In this document: positions 10,841 to 20,629 of the stretch, piece by piece
Layout of the letters: each line of letters opens with the position of its first letter
Position numbering within the stretch: the first letter of the stretch is position 1
NCBI GenBank assembly: GCA_052279835.1
Contig: CP181291.1
Span: forward strand, 4,096,001-4,160,000
Reading direction: 5' to 3'
DNA: 64,000 nt
Origin: Microcoleus sp.
GTDB lineage: Bacteria > Cyanobacteriota > Cyanobacteriia > Cyanobacteriales > Microcoleaceae
The notes under the pieces: model-generated
What the model saw: only the letters and a program-made list of their open reading frames with translations
The model's database searches: none
Told to the model about the DNA's origin: nothing
Program-made: the position numbers and the translations under genes

Positions 10841-11908
10841 TCAATCAAAACTCAAACTTCCCCGCTTCATTTGTTCCCGTTCTATTGCCTCAAACAAAGC
10901 CCGAAAATTTCCAGCCCCAAAACCTCCCGCTTGCACTTTGACATCGTTAACTAAGGCAACTCGACGTTCGATTATCTCAAAAAAGAATGTAGGTTCAGCA
11001 AAAATTGGCTGGGTAAAAATTTGCAACAGCATCGCTGCGGGCGTCTCTTCCGGCCAATCTACCAAAACTTGAGCACCTATAATTTCTTGCCAATCTTTCG
11101 GTACATAGTTTTGCTGTTGTTGTAATTCTTTATAATAAGTCCAGGGAACCGGCAGAAAAGGCAAACCGCGCGATCGCAAATCAGCCACAATGTCCACAAT
11201 GCGATCGGTTTGCAAAGCCATATGTTGAATGCCCGGCCCCTGATTTGCATCCAAAAACTCTTGAATTTGAGAATTAGGTGATGCCGATTCATTAATAGGC
11301 AATTGCACTCCACCTTCAGCATGAACCATAACTCGGCTGCGTAAAGCCGATTTGTCAGTCTGAATATCAAAATTTTGCTGAGTCTGAAAACCTAAGACTC
11401 TTTGATACCAATTAACAGCAGTAGACAAATCCCCAGTTGCCACATTTAACACTACGTGGTCAATATTAGTAAATAGTGGAATTTCCGCAGAATTCCTTGA
11501 CAGTGAACTATCACCACTTCCCTCAATCAAGGTGTGGTTTAAGTCTCCCCAACCCGCAATCTTTGCCCGCTTAAAACTGCTTCCTGCATTTATACCTTTT
11601 TGAATCGGTTCCAGTAGTTTAGCGCCTTCAGCGATCGCTCTGGATATCGCAAACTCAATATTTTTGACCCGGAAGCCCACATCGGCAATACCAGGAGGAT
11701 GTAATTTCAACCAACTAGCGACAGGACTAGAGGATGTCAAGGGGGAAGATAAAACAAAACAGATATTGCCACTTGCGAGCACTTCACTATGAGTGTGGCT
11801 ATTGGCATAACTTGCTGTGGTTTGAAAGCCTAATTTGCTGACAAACCAGTCCCGCGATGTTGCTGCATCTTCAGTATAGAATTGAATGCGATCGAACTCC
11901 ATAATCAA
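10841..11908 (-). CDS. hppD: 4-hydroxyphenylpyruvate dioxygenase
   Basis: IDHVV, SQIQEFL, GIQHMAL, LLQIFT, FFEIIER, GFGAGNF. Confidence 0.95.
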   Translation of the reverse strand: MIMEFDRIQFYTEDAATSRDWFVSKLGFQTTASYANSHTHSEVLASGNICFVLSSPLTSSSPVASWLKLHPPGIADVGFRVKNIEFAISRAIAEGAKLLEPIQKGINAGSSFKRAKIAGWGDLNHTLIEGSGDSSLSRNSAEIPLFTNIDHVVLNVATGDLSTAVNWYQRVLGFQTQQNFDIQTDKSALRSRVMVHAEGGVQLPINESASPNSQIQEFLDANQGPGIQHMALQTDRIVDIVADLRSRGLPFLPVPWTYYKELQQQQNYVPKDWQEIIGAQVLVDWPEETPAAMLLQIFTQPIFAEPTFFFEIIERRVALVNDVKVQAGGFGAGNFRALFEAIEREQMKRGSLSFD

Positions 11909-12192
11909 TAATTGAAAATGGCGATGGGGAAATTAACAAGCTGTTTAGTCATTTTTATGTTTAATAAGGTTAATTGACTTAACAATAGCCTATAAACAGG
12001 AGAGCTGGTGTCTGCCTGAAGACTGAATCATGAAGATTGTAGATTTGGGATAGGGGATTATGGGTCAAAAGGGGAAATCAAAATATTACCTTCAATTATA
12101 TGATAAATTTACAATTTATCACCCCAGGTTCATCTGTCGTAACAATCTCAAATCTACAATCTCAAATCTACAAGGGGTATGCTGCTTAACTT

Positions 12193-12900
12193 CTAGAAAA
12201 ACAAATGACTTTCAGGCTGAATGTTAATTTCCATTGGCACTGCTTGTGGGTCAGCAGAAAGAGCAAACATAATAGCATTGGCAGCAGTTTCTGTAGTCAA
12301 CATTTTTGACCTATCTACCTTCAAACTCACACTATCCCAAAAGGGAGAATCCACCCCACCAAAATAGAATAGCGTAAACTTGATACCATAGCGGCGCAAC
12401 TCATCGGCCATGCACTTACTGAAACCAACTACCCCAAACTTGGAAGCACAATAAGCTGTTCCCATCGCCATCGAATGCTTGCCCAAAATGCCGATGACAT
12501 TACAAATGTGACCGGATTTGCGGTCTTTCATCACATTAGCTGCTGCTTGAGATGTGTAAAAACTGCCTTTCAAATTCAAGTCCAGCATCGCATCTAAATC
12601 AGCGGGTTCTAATTTGTTCCACTGCTTGAGAATACCCGCACCGGCCGCATTTATCAATACATCAATTTGTCCGAAATGCTCCACAGTTTTCTGCATTAGA
12701 GTTTCGACTTGTGACAACTGAGTAATATCTGTAGGTACTGTTAGTACCTTTGTGGTGGGGAATTGGGCGGCTACGGCGTCTAAACGACTGCTGTCTCTGG
12801 CTGCAAGCACGAGAATTGCACCCGCATCTGCCAGTTTGTGGGCTACCGCTGAACCAATTCCACCAGTCGCACCCACAACAACCACAACTTTATTCTGCAT
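12193..12900 (-). CDS. Short-chain dehydrogenase/reductase
   Basis: GATGGIG, NAAG, YCASK. Confidence 0.92.
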   Translation of the reverse strand: MQNKVVVVVGATGGIGSAVAHKLADAGAILVLAARDSSRLDAVAAQFPTTKVLTVPTDITQLSQVETLMQKTVEHFGQIDVLINAAGAGILKQWNKLEPADLDAMLDLNLKGSFYTSQAAANVMKDRKSGHICNVIGILGKHSMAMGTAYCASKFGVVGFSKCMADELRRYGIKFTLFYFGGVDSPFWDSVSLKVDRSKMLTTETAANAIMFALSADPQAVPMEINIQPESHLFF

Positions 12901-12976
12901 ATCCCTTTACATTTCTTTACATCGTGTTTGTATGATAACTCAAGTTATGAAAATTGGGCGAAGCGAAGCTCAGGGA

Positions 12977-13112
12977 TGGGGCATGGGGCATAGGGAATTG
13001 GTAATTGGGAATGGGGAATGGGGAATTGGGAATGGGGAATGGGGAATTGGGAATGGGGAATTGGGAATGGGGAATTGGGAATTGGGAATAACCAATAACC
13101 AATAACCAATAA
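12977..13112. repeat. STRR heptamer repeats (GGGAATT/GGGAATG, AACCAAT)
   Basis: Directly visible. Confidence 0.9.
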
Positions 13113-14504
13113 CTATTTCAGAGAAACTTGCCAGCCTTTATCTACTTTTTGAATCTGGAGAGAAGTGCAAGATTGCAAAAATTTAGGAAATTTTCTACTG
13201 AGATTGAATTCCTTAATTATTTGGGTAATTTGTTTGCCGTATTGTCGGTGGAATTCGCTACCTACATTTGAGAGAAATACAGAATTAGCTGGAGAGTTTT
13301 TGGTGAGTTCTTTCACGATTTGGACAATGGCTGTTTCCAAGTCTTCGAGAGAATTAATACTTTCCAAACTAGCCGATACTGCCATGCTGTTAGGTGAACT
13401 ATCTTTGTTAATTATTGGTGGTTTTGGTGACTGTTTTACCTCAAAAAGAGTTACGTATGCTTGAGAATTTTCTGAGGGTTGGTGAACCACAAATTCCGTG
13501 GGATATTTAATAAATATATCCCTGGTTTTAGTGCCTAGCAGATGAGTTGCCACGACTTGATTTAGGGGTGAACCGTAATTTTCTTTAAATAAAACTGAAA
13601 TTCTGGAAAGTTTTACCCACTGAGCTGATGTGCGTTCTTGTTCTATTTTGATTATTGTTTTTAGATTGAGAATTAATTTTTCGATGGGGTCAGGTTCGGT
13701 TACAGATACAAGGGAGTAGGTTTCTGTTTGTCCTGTTTTGCTATTTAAAACTATGATTTTATCTACTTGTTTGCGGACTTGAAAAACTGTTAATCCGTGA
13801 GCTTGGAGGGTATTGCTGAGGTGGGTCAATGCCCGATCGGACGAACAGACAAAAATCTCCTTGGCTGTGGGATAATGGACGAAAATAGATGCTCCAACCG
13901 TAGCCATTTTTAAATCGGCACTGTCTTTGCCGGGGGGGACATGAATCAATTGATAGCCGCGTTGGTGAAATTCAGCATCTTTTTTGCCCATGCTGCGCCA
14001 ATTGGCAAAGGCAACTTTAATTTGGATGGGATACTGGCAAATTCCCTCTAGGAATTTTTCGGTTTCGAGATTGAGTTGCAAGTTTTCGACATCTAGCAGC
14101 AGGATGGCTATTCCCACGCCCAATGAGGGTGTTGGAGGTTTAGATGAGGCTGATTTATTGGATTTAGCTGGTGCTATGGGGGCTTCGGCAAGTTGCTGAA
14201 TTTTGGCTATTAATTTGGTGAATTGAGCCGAATTAATGAATTCGGGAATCAAAAGGATTTGGAGGTATTTTTTTGCAGTTAGCAGAATGGAATCTACATC
14301 TTTTGCTAATCTGAAACTTTTGGTAAATTTGAAAATCAAAATTGACTGAAAATCAGGTTTGGCCCACTGGGTTTTCCTGTATTTTTCAGCTATCCATTCA
14401 GGGTGCTTGGATTGAATGGAAACTAGAGTTTGAGCGAGATAGCGACTGATGGCGCTGAATGCGGCAGATTCTTGAGTCGCCAGCAAGGGGTTATGAGCGG
14501 GCAT
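13113..14504 (-). CDS. NYN (LabA/DUF88) domain protein with C-terminal LOTUS/OST-HTH-like repeats
   Basis: LLDVEN, AFANW, GKDSAD, SSD motifs; two C-terminal winged-helix-like modules. Confidence 0.8.
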   Translation of the reverse strand: MPAHNPLLATQESAAFSAISRYLAQTLVSIQSKHPEWIAEKYRKTQWAKPDFQSILIFKFTKSFRLAKDVDSILLTAKKYLQILLIPEFINSAQFTKLIAKIQQLAEAPIAPAKSNKSASSKPPTPSLGVGIAILLLDVENLQLNLETEKFLEGICQYPIQIKVAFANWRSMGKKDAEFHQRGYQLIHVPPGKDSADLKMATVGASIFVHYPTAKEIFVCSSDRALTHLSNTLQAHGLTVFQVRKQVDKIIVLNSKTGQTETYSLVSVTEPDPIEKLILNLKTIIKIEQERTSAQWVKLSRISVLFKENYGSPLNQVVATHLLGTKTRDIFIKYPTEFVVHQPSENSQAYVTLFEVKQSPKPPIINKDSSPNSMAVSASLESINSLEDLETAIVQIVKELTKNSPANSVFLSNVGSEFHRQYGKQITQIIKEFNLSRKFPKFLQSCTSLQIQKVDKGWQVSLK

Positions 14505-14540
14505 AGCTCTCCACAATGCAGGATGGTTTCTAAATCTATC

Positions 14541-14681
14541 TTGACACTCTCAGGTCTAAAGACACGCTCGATTGGTGACTCCAGGAGCAGGCTTGCTCAG
14601 AGAGGATTGCAAGGTTCAGACTAGAGGTGTATTCTCACGCCTGTGTTGCTTGGATAAACGTCCAAAGGTTCTAGTATGCCC
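14541..14681 (-). mobile_element. Orphan IS200/IS605 right end with degenerate omega-RNA scaffold
   Basis: Minus strand GGGCATACTAGAACC...ACCTCTAG...GCAATCCT...GAGCAAG...AATCGAGCGTGTCTTTAGACCTGAGAGTGTCAA, the layout seen 3' of cyanobacterial tnpB; no tnpB adjacent. Confidence 0.7.
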
Positions 14682-14688
14682 TATAATT

Positions 14689-15960
14689 CTAGTTTTTCGC
14701 CAGTAGTCGGACGATCGCGCGCCAGATCAAACCAGCTATAATTAACGCTAACCCAATCAGCCAAATTTGCCTCTGGACCCAGAAAGCCAGAAATAGACAG
14801 GAAGCTAAACCTACTATAGGGAGCCATTGGGGGTAAAGTCTGTGGGTGGGGGAAAGTTGCAAGGCGGCGAGGTTGGTGATAGCGTAGTAGATCAAAATGC
14901 TAAAAGCGCTAAATGACCAAGTGGTTTGGACATCGCCGATGAGGATTAAAAGTGCGATCGCCACTTCCACGACCACCACAGCCACATAGGGAGTTGTCCC
15001 AGAGGGGTTGAGACGCGCCAAGACTCTCGGCATATCCCGACGTCGCCCCATCGCCAGCAACACCCGCGACAGCCCTAAAATTAAGTTCAGCAGCACTCCC
15101 AGCATGGCGGTAATAGCCCCGACAGCTAGCAGTTGAGAAACTCCCGGAATGCGGAAACTGCGGGCGATGACTTCCAAAGGTACACCAGTGGTGGCTGTTT
15201 GCAGGGACAATTGAGCAGGACCACCCACGCCAACAAAGACTATTGCTACCGCCATGTAAAGGAGCATTGTCAGCACCAAAGTGAAAATTATGGCTTTGGG
15301 AATGGTTTGCTTCGGTTCCCGCACTTCCTCACTCATGGTGGTGATGCGGGCGTAACCGCTATAGGCAACAAACATCAGGGCGGTGGCGTGGAGGATGGAT
15401 GCGATCAAACTATCATTCTGTACAGTGGCCATTTCCCAGCTTACCTCTGGTAAACCAGCAACAATAAACACAGCCAGAGATAAGAGTGTAACTGAGACTA
15501 TGGCAGTATTGGCGATATTCGATCGCCTAATGCCTGTCAATACAACCAGAGTGAGTGTGGCGAGGGCGACTAAGGCTGTTAGGATGAGATAAGTGCGATC
15601 GGCTACACCAATTACATTTAAAAAATACCCCGCAAAACCCAAAGCAGCAGTAGCCGCCGAAGCCATTTTAGCCAACAGAAACATCCATCCCGCCGTAAAA
15701 CCCAGCCAAGGATTCAGATATTTGTAACCATATTCATAAGTACCGCCACTAACAGGATGACTTGCAGCTAATTGAGCACTGTTGAGGCCATTGCAAACAG
15801 CAACTAAAGCAGCAATAGCCACAGCCAAAATCACTCCAGGCCCTGCAATTTGCGCAGCCATCCCGATACTCACAAATACTCCCGTACCGACAATGGAGCC
15901 CAGGCCCATCAGAGTCGCACCGAAAACACCTAATTCTCGCTTCAGAAGTGGTGAGGACAT
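14689..15960 (-). CDS. APC family amino acid permease
   Basis: LKRELG, GSIVGTG, SGGTYEY, about 12 TM helices; start at MSSPLL preferred because the upstream extension lies in a REP. Confidence 0.9.
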   Translation of the reverse strand: MSSPLLKRELGVFGATLMGLGSIVGTGVFVSIGMAAQIAGPGVILAVAIAALVAVCNGLNSAQLAASHPVSGGTYEYGYKYLNPWLGFTAGWMFLLAKMASAATAALGFAGYFLNVIGVADRTYLILTALVALATLTLVVLTGIRRSNIANTAIVSVTLLSLAVFIVAGLPEVSWEMATVQNDSLIASILHATALMFVAYSGYARITTMSEEVREPKQTIPKAIIFTLVLTMLLYMAVAIVFVGVGGPAQLSLQTATTGVPLEVIARSFRIPGVSQLLAVGAITAMLGVLLNLILGLSRVLLAMGRRRDMPRVLARLNPSGTTPYVAVVVVEVAIALLILIGDVQTTWSFSAFSILIYYAITNLAALQLSPTHRLYPQWLPIVGLASCLFLAFWVQRQIWLIGLALIIAGLIWRAIVRLLAKN

Positions 15961-15969
15961 ATAAAAATT

Positions 15970-16165
15970 TTTCGTAGTAAGGACTTTAGTCCTTATAGTT
16001 TGTAGTAATATCATGTCCGGTCGGTTGACATGATTCCTGTAGGGGCGGGTTCACCAACAATAATTGCGTATAATCGACAATTTTATAAACCCGCCCCCGC
16101 CCAACAGTATATGCCAAAATCCTCACTACGAACTATGTTGAAGGACTAAAGTCCTCACTACGAAC
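15970..16165. repeat. REP/BIME-like palindromic cluster
   Basis: TTCGTAGTAAGGACTTTAGTCCT inverted against AGGACTAAAGTCCTCACTACGAA; internal GGGGCGGGTT/AACCCGCCCC. Confidence 0.65.
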
Positions 16166-16169
16166 AATA

Positions 16170-17022
16170 TTAACCGAAACGACCTTGAATATAATCCCTG
16201 GTACTGGGATTGCTTGCCGAAGTAAAAATCCGACTTGTAGGCCCAAATTCAACCATGCGGCCGATGCGACTTTCATCAGTATTAAAAAATGCAGTGTAAT
16301 CAGAAACACGAGCAGCCTGCTGCATATTGTGAGTCACAATCACCACAGTTAACTGTTGCCGCAGAGTCTGAAATAGCTCCTCAATCTTCATCGTAGAAAT
16401 CGGGGTCTAGAGCCGAACAAGGTTCATCCATCAGCAAAATTTTTGGTTTCACAGCTAGAGCACGAGCAATGCAAAGTCGCTGCTGTTGTCCACCAGAAAT
16501 CCCCTGGGCCGATTTCTTCAAATTATCTTTGACCTCATCCCAAAGCGCCGCGCTTTTCAGTGCAGATTCTACAATTTCATCTAATTCTGCTTTGCTTTTT
16601 TTGCCAAATATTCTCACTCCATAAGCAATATTATCATAGATGCTGAGCGGAAAAGGATTCGGTCTTTGAAACACCATCCCAATTTGGCGACGCAGACTAT
16701 TAATATTCACTTTGGGACTGTAAATATCCTGTCCAAAAAACTCAACCCTTCCTTTGATGATTACTTTTCCTTCCAATTCCCCGATCCGGTTAAGAGCCTT
16801 GAGAAAAGTAGATTTACCACAACCAGAAGGTCCAATAATAGCCGTGACTTGTGGGTGAGGAATATTCATCGACAAATTTTCCAGAACTTTGTGAGTTCCG
16901 TAGTAAAAACTCAAGTCCTGAACCCGCAAGGCTGGCATTGCCTTGGGGTCAATTTCCTGTGCGGTATCTGCCGAAAAATTATGGGTATTTTTTCCAGTTG
17001 TCAAGTTACTTTCAAGTGTCAT
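16170..17022 (-). CDS. pstB: Phosphate ABC transporter ATPase, frameshifted by one extra base at 16402-16405
   Basis: [28 protein letters not shown]; removing one base restores [13 protein letters not shown]...[13 protein letters not shown]. Confidence 0.9.
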
Positions 17023-17126
17023 TATTTTCAGTTATCTAGGGTTAATAGTAAACTTTGAGATGTAGATAATTATCTCGCTAATGGTAGGCTGACTGTTCCT
17101 GAATGGAGGCGGATAATTGATGATAA

Positions 17127-18107
17127 TTATCTATTTTGCAAGCGTTTGCGTGTTACCGCACGAGAGGCGACGCTAGCAATCAAAACCATGCCTAAAAGCA
17201 CAGAAGCCGCAGTCCAAGCCAATTCATTCTGTTCCTTATAGGGAGAACTGGCATAACTGTATATTAATACTGACATAGAAGGAGTCGGAGTCAGAATTGT
17301 CCCCGGAATTTCTTGGATTTTCGAGAGGGTTTCTGCACCAAGGGGAGACTGAGTTATTTCTCCCAATTTCTCAATCAAAGGAGGCCAAAACTGGCTGGAT
17401 AAAGCAGTAACGATGAGTGGTGCGGTTTCGCCGGCGGCGCGGGAAGCGGCGAGCAAAACGCCTGTGGTAATCGTCGGGAGTGCCGAGGGAATGATAATCC
17501 GAAAGATAGTTTGAAAACGTCCGGCTCCCAAACCTCCTGAAGCGAGCCGATAAGAAGTAGGGACTAATTTTAATGCTTGTTCTGTTGTCAAGGCGACAAC
17601 GGGAAGCATAATAATACCTAGAGCGATACCGCCAGCTAATCCTGAAAATACTTTGGTTGTAACGACAATTAAAGCGTAAGCAAAGACTCCCACAACGATG
17701 GAAGGAACGCTGCTGAGAATGACGGTGATAAAGCGGATGGCATTTGCCATCCCTTTATTTTCTCTGCCAAATTCTGACAAAAATATTCCGGTCATTACCC
17801 CGATTGGGACACTAAATAACGTGGCAATTCCTACCATTAAAGCCGTGCCCAGAATCGCATTGGCAAAACCGTTGGGCTGGTCTTCAACTCCTACGGGTGC
17901 TGGCAGGGAAACTAAAACGTCCCAGCTTAAATGTGTTAATCCTTCCCCCAGAATTTTGTATAAAATAGCGAACAAAGGTAGCAGAGCTAAGGCTGTGAGA
18001 GCAAAGGCAATAACAGTCATTCCTCGGCTAAAAAAGTTTCTACCCAGTGACAGGGGATTGTAAATTTCTGCATCCAGAATAGTTGGTGTTTTTTGTGCTT
18101 GATTCAT
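17127..18107 (-). CDS. pstA: Phosphate ABC transporter permease PstA
   Basis: SVPSIVVGVF, SRAAGETAPL; operon position. Confidence 0.93.
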   Translation of the reverse strand: MNQAQKTPTILDAEIYNPLSLGRNFFSRGMTVIAFALTALALLPLFAILYKILGEGLTHLSWDVLVSLPAPVGVEDQPNGFANAILGTALMVGIATLFSVPIGVMTGIFLSEFGRENKGMANAIRFITVILSSVPSIVVGVFAYALIVVTTKVFSGLAGGIALGIIMLPVVALTTEQALKLVPTSYRLASGGLGAGRFQTIFRIIIPSALPTITTGVLLAASRAAGETAPLIVTALSSQFWPPLIEKLGEITQSPLGAETLSKIQEIPGTILTPTPSMSVLIYSYASSPYKEQNELAWTAASVLLGMVLIASVASRAVTRKRLQNR

Positions 18108-18109
18108 GT

Positions 18110-19111
18110 TTAATTTTTCGCTCCCTTGACACCGATTAGCTGAACTAACAATACTGCGACTGCGTTCACCAATAGGGTGATGACAAATAGAATTAGCGCT
18201 AAATACATTAAAGAACCGACGTGCAGAGGTTCTTGAGCTTCCCGAAATTGGCTGGCTAAAACAGCGGGGATTGAGTAACCAGGAGCTAGAATAGATTGGT
18301 TGATTTGAATCGAGTTGCCAATTACCATGGTGACTGCCATGGTTTCGCCTAAAGCGCGTCCCAAGGCCAAGATGGTTGCCCCGATAATTCCTGAACTAGC
18401 TGCGGGTAATAACAGCTTAAATATTGTTTCCCAGCGGGTGGCACCTAGGGACATGGAAGCACTTCGCAAGTCTACGGGAACTGACATCAAAACATCGCGG
18501 CTAATAGCGGCTACTGTTGGTAAAATCATGATGGATAACAGTATTCCAGCGGGCAACATTCCTGGACCCAAGGGTTCGCTGCTGAACAGGGGAAACCAAC
18601 TGAAATTGTTAAATAGCGACTGTTGTAAAGGTAGCAGAAAGGGAATGAGTACAAAAATTCCCCAAAGTCCAACTATGACGCTGGGAATGGCTGAGATTAA
18701 TTCAACCATGAATCCCAAGGGCGATCGCACCCAAACGGGCAAAAAGTTTTCGCTGGTAACTATAGCCACGGAAAGTCCAAGAGGAATTGCGATAATAATG
18801 GCGATCGCAGAACTAATCACAGTCCCGTAAATAAAGGGCAAAGCTCCAAATTGTAACTCCCCAATATCCCACTTAGGATTCCAGAGGAATGAGATTCCAA
18901 ACTTGCTAATAGCAGGCCAAGCATCTTTAAAAATTATCGCGCTCATCCAGAACAACGTAGCGGCTGTCCCTAGGGCAAAAGCCCATACAAATATGGTAAA
19001 TCCTGACTCCATCCACAAACCTTCACCCGAAGTATCAGTCAAGTCTACTTCTGTAGTGTTTGTGATTTGCTGATTAGTCAATTTTTTCGGTTCCTTAGCA
19101 AAATTGGTCAT
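18110..19111 (-). CDS. pstC: Phosphate ABC transporter permease PstC
   Basis: AIPSVIVGLWG, LGATRWET, GRALGETMAV. Confidence 0.95.
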   Translation of the reverse strand: MTNFAKEPKKLTNQQITNTTEVDLTDTSGEGLWMESGFTIFVWAFALGTAATLFWMSAIIFKDAWPAISKFGISFLWNPKWDIGELQFGALPFIYGTVISSAIAIIIAIPLGLSVAIVTSENFLPVWVRSPLGFMVELISAIPSVIVGLWGIFVLIPFLLPLQQSLFNNFSWFPLFSSEPLGPGMLPAGILLSIMILPTVAAISRDVLMSVPVDLRSASMSLGATRWETIFKLLLPAASSGIIGATILALGRALGETMAVTMVIGNSIQINQSILAPGYSIPAVLASQFREAQEPLHVGSLMYLALILFVITLLVNAVAVLLVQLIGVKGAKN

Positions 19112-19266
19112 ACCCTAGTTGTTACTGAGTAAACAGTGAAATATTTGGTTGATGGAAGAGTAATTATAGTAGATGTAGTAGGGTGCGCAGCAGCGCACCT
19201 TACCCCTGACAATTTATAAGTTGGGAGCTAGATATTTAACTCCTAACTGAGTCGTAGCGCCCTCTC

Positions 19267-20295
19267 TTAACCTTTAGCAACTACACTCTGATTTACTGTT
19301 TGAATTACCTTTTGAGCTGTCCCCGAAGGAATTGTAGTAAATTCTAGCTGTTTGTTGAGACCTTGGCCTGTAGTCATCACCCAATTAACCATCTTTTTAA
19401 TAGCATCGGCTTTCGCAGCAGGATACTCTTTGTAGATTAACAACCAAGTCAAACCCACAATCGGATAACCGTCGCTGGGATTCCCTTCTACTAAACGGAA
19501 GTCGGCGGGGTATGTTTCCCCTGCTAAAGCTTTTTCGGCTTCTGCCAAGTTAGCATCTACAAAACGACCAGCTTTATTTTGAATAAATGCTGTTTGGAGC
19601 TTGTTTTGTCTGGCATAGGTATCTTGAACATAACCGATCGCACCGGCTGTTTGTTTCACTAAACCTGCTACGCCTGGGTTTCCTTGACCGCTGAGGGGGC
19701 TTCCGGGCCAGCTAGGTTGAGCGGCGGCTTTGATGCTACTGCCGATCGCCTGTAAGTGATTAGCAAAAATAAAGGTTGTACCGCTGCTATCTGCCCGTAC
19801 AACTACTCGAATCGGAGTATTTGGCAAATTTTTAGCTTGTCCAGAAATTCCGCTTATTTTAGCATCATTCCAGCGAGTAATTTTTCCTTCAAAGATGCCT
19901 TTCATCGCATCAGCGCTCAATTTAACATTGTTTACTCCTGGCAAGTTGTAAACAACCGCAACAGCTCCACCAGCGGTAGGAACAGCGATGACACCCCGTT
20001 TTACTTGAGCGATTTGCGCCGCCGTCATCAGCGCATCGCTACCTGCGAAGTCAACAGTACCTGAAATTAATGCTTTGATGCCAGCACCACTGCCAGTCCC
20101 TTCGTAGTTTACAGTAATTTGATTAGCGCCTCTCATCTGAGAGAAATAGCGATCGTAAAGAGGTTTGGGAAAAGTAGCTCCCGAACCATTTAGTGTGACG
20201 GCTGCTACAGCAGAACTAATCAATGAGAGCGAAAATGCGGCTGCTGCTAGCGTAACTATAAAGGCACGTCGCCAACGTCCTGTGAAAAAAAACAT
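19267..20295 (-). CDS. pstS: Phosphate ABC transporter substrate-binding protein
   Basis: GSGATFP, GSGAG, DFAGSD, RADSSGTT; N-terminal signal peptide. Confidence 0.95.
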   Translation of the reverse strand: MFFFTGRWRRAFIVTLAAAAFSLSLISSAVAAVTLNGSGATFPKPLYDRYFSQMRGANQITVNYEGTGSGAGIKALISGTVDFAGSDALMTAAQIAQVKRGVIAVPTAGGAVAVVYNLPGVNNVKLSADAMKGIFEGKITRWNDAKISGISGQAKNLPNTPIRVVVRADSSGTTFIFANHLQAIGSSIKAAAQPSWPGSPLSGQGNPGVAGLVKQTAGAIGYVQDTYARQNKLQTAFIQNKAGRFVDANLAEAEKALAGETYPADFRLVEGNPSDGYPIVGLTWLLIYKEYPAAKADAIKKMVNWVMTTGQGLNKQLEFTTIPSGTAQKVIQTVNQSVVAKG

Positions 20296-20374
20296 ACTCC
20301 TCCTCCTTAAATAACAGACTTTGGGGAATCCCCTCCATAGGATAGACCGAAAGATACGAGTCAGACCTGGAGAA

Positions 20375-20415
20375 AGGATAAGCTTGTTTTAAATTTTGGT
20401 TAAATTTGAATTAAA
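20375..20415 (-). promoter_or_regulatory. Pho box (SphR/PhoB site), four 8-mers at 11-bp period
   Basis: Minus strand TTTAATTC-aaa-TTTAACCA-aaa-TTTAAAAC-aag-CTTATCCT upstream of pstS; resembles the PyTTAAPyPy(T/A) consensus. Confidence 0.8.
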
Positions 20416-20629
20416 TTTTTGACAATTAGCTGTTGGGAGAGTTAATAAAAAAAATTTCACAATTTATACCATAGGCACCAGGCTAGGATTCTTGAAGAAA
20501 TTGGGGCTTGACTCCGATCGCTGGTAAATCGCTTAAACCCTTGCCCGCAATGGCATCTATCCATTTTTTAATTCCCTGTTCATCTAGGGCATCCACACCT
20601 CAACATCTGCTATTAAAGATGGGAACAAC

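Noticed and set aside
12752..13105. ORFs with GNGEWGI or PIPNS repeats
   Set aside because: They are translations of heptamer STRR DNA
16391..16410. Programmed ribosomal frameshift in pstB (likewise ubiD)
   Set aside because: No slippery heptamer or stimulatory structure is seen; a homopolymer indel is simpler
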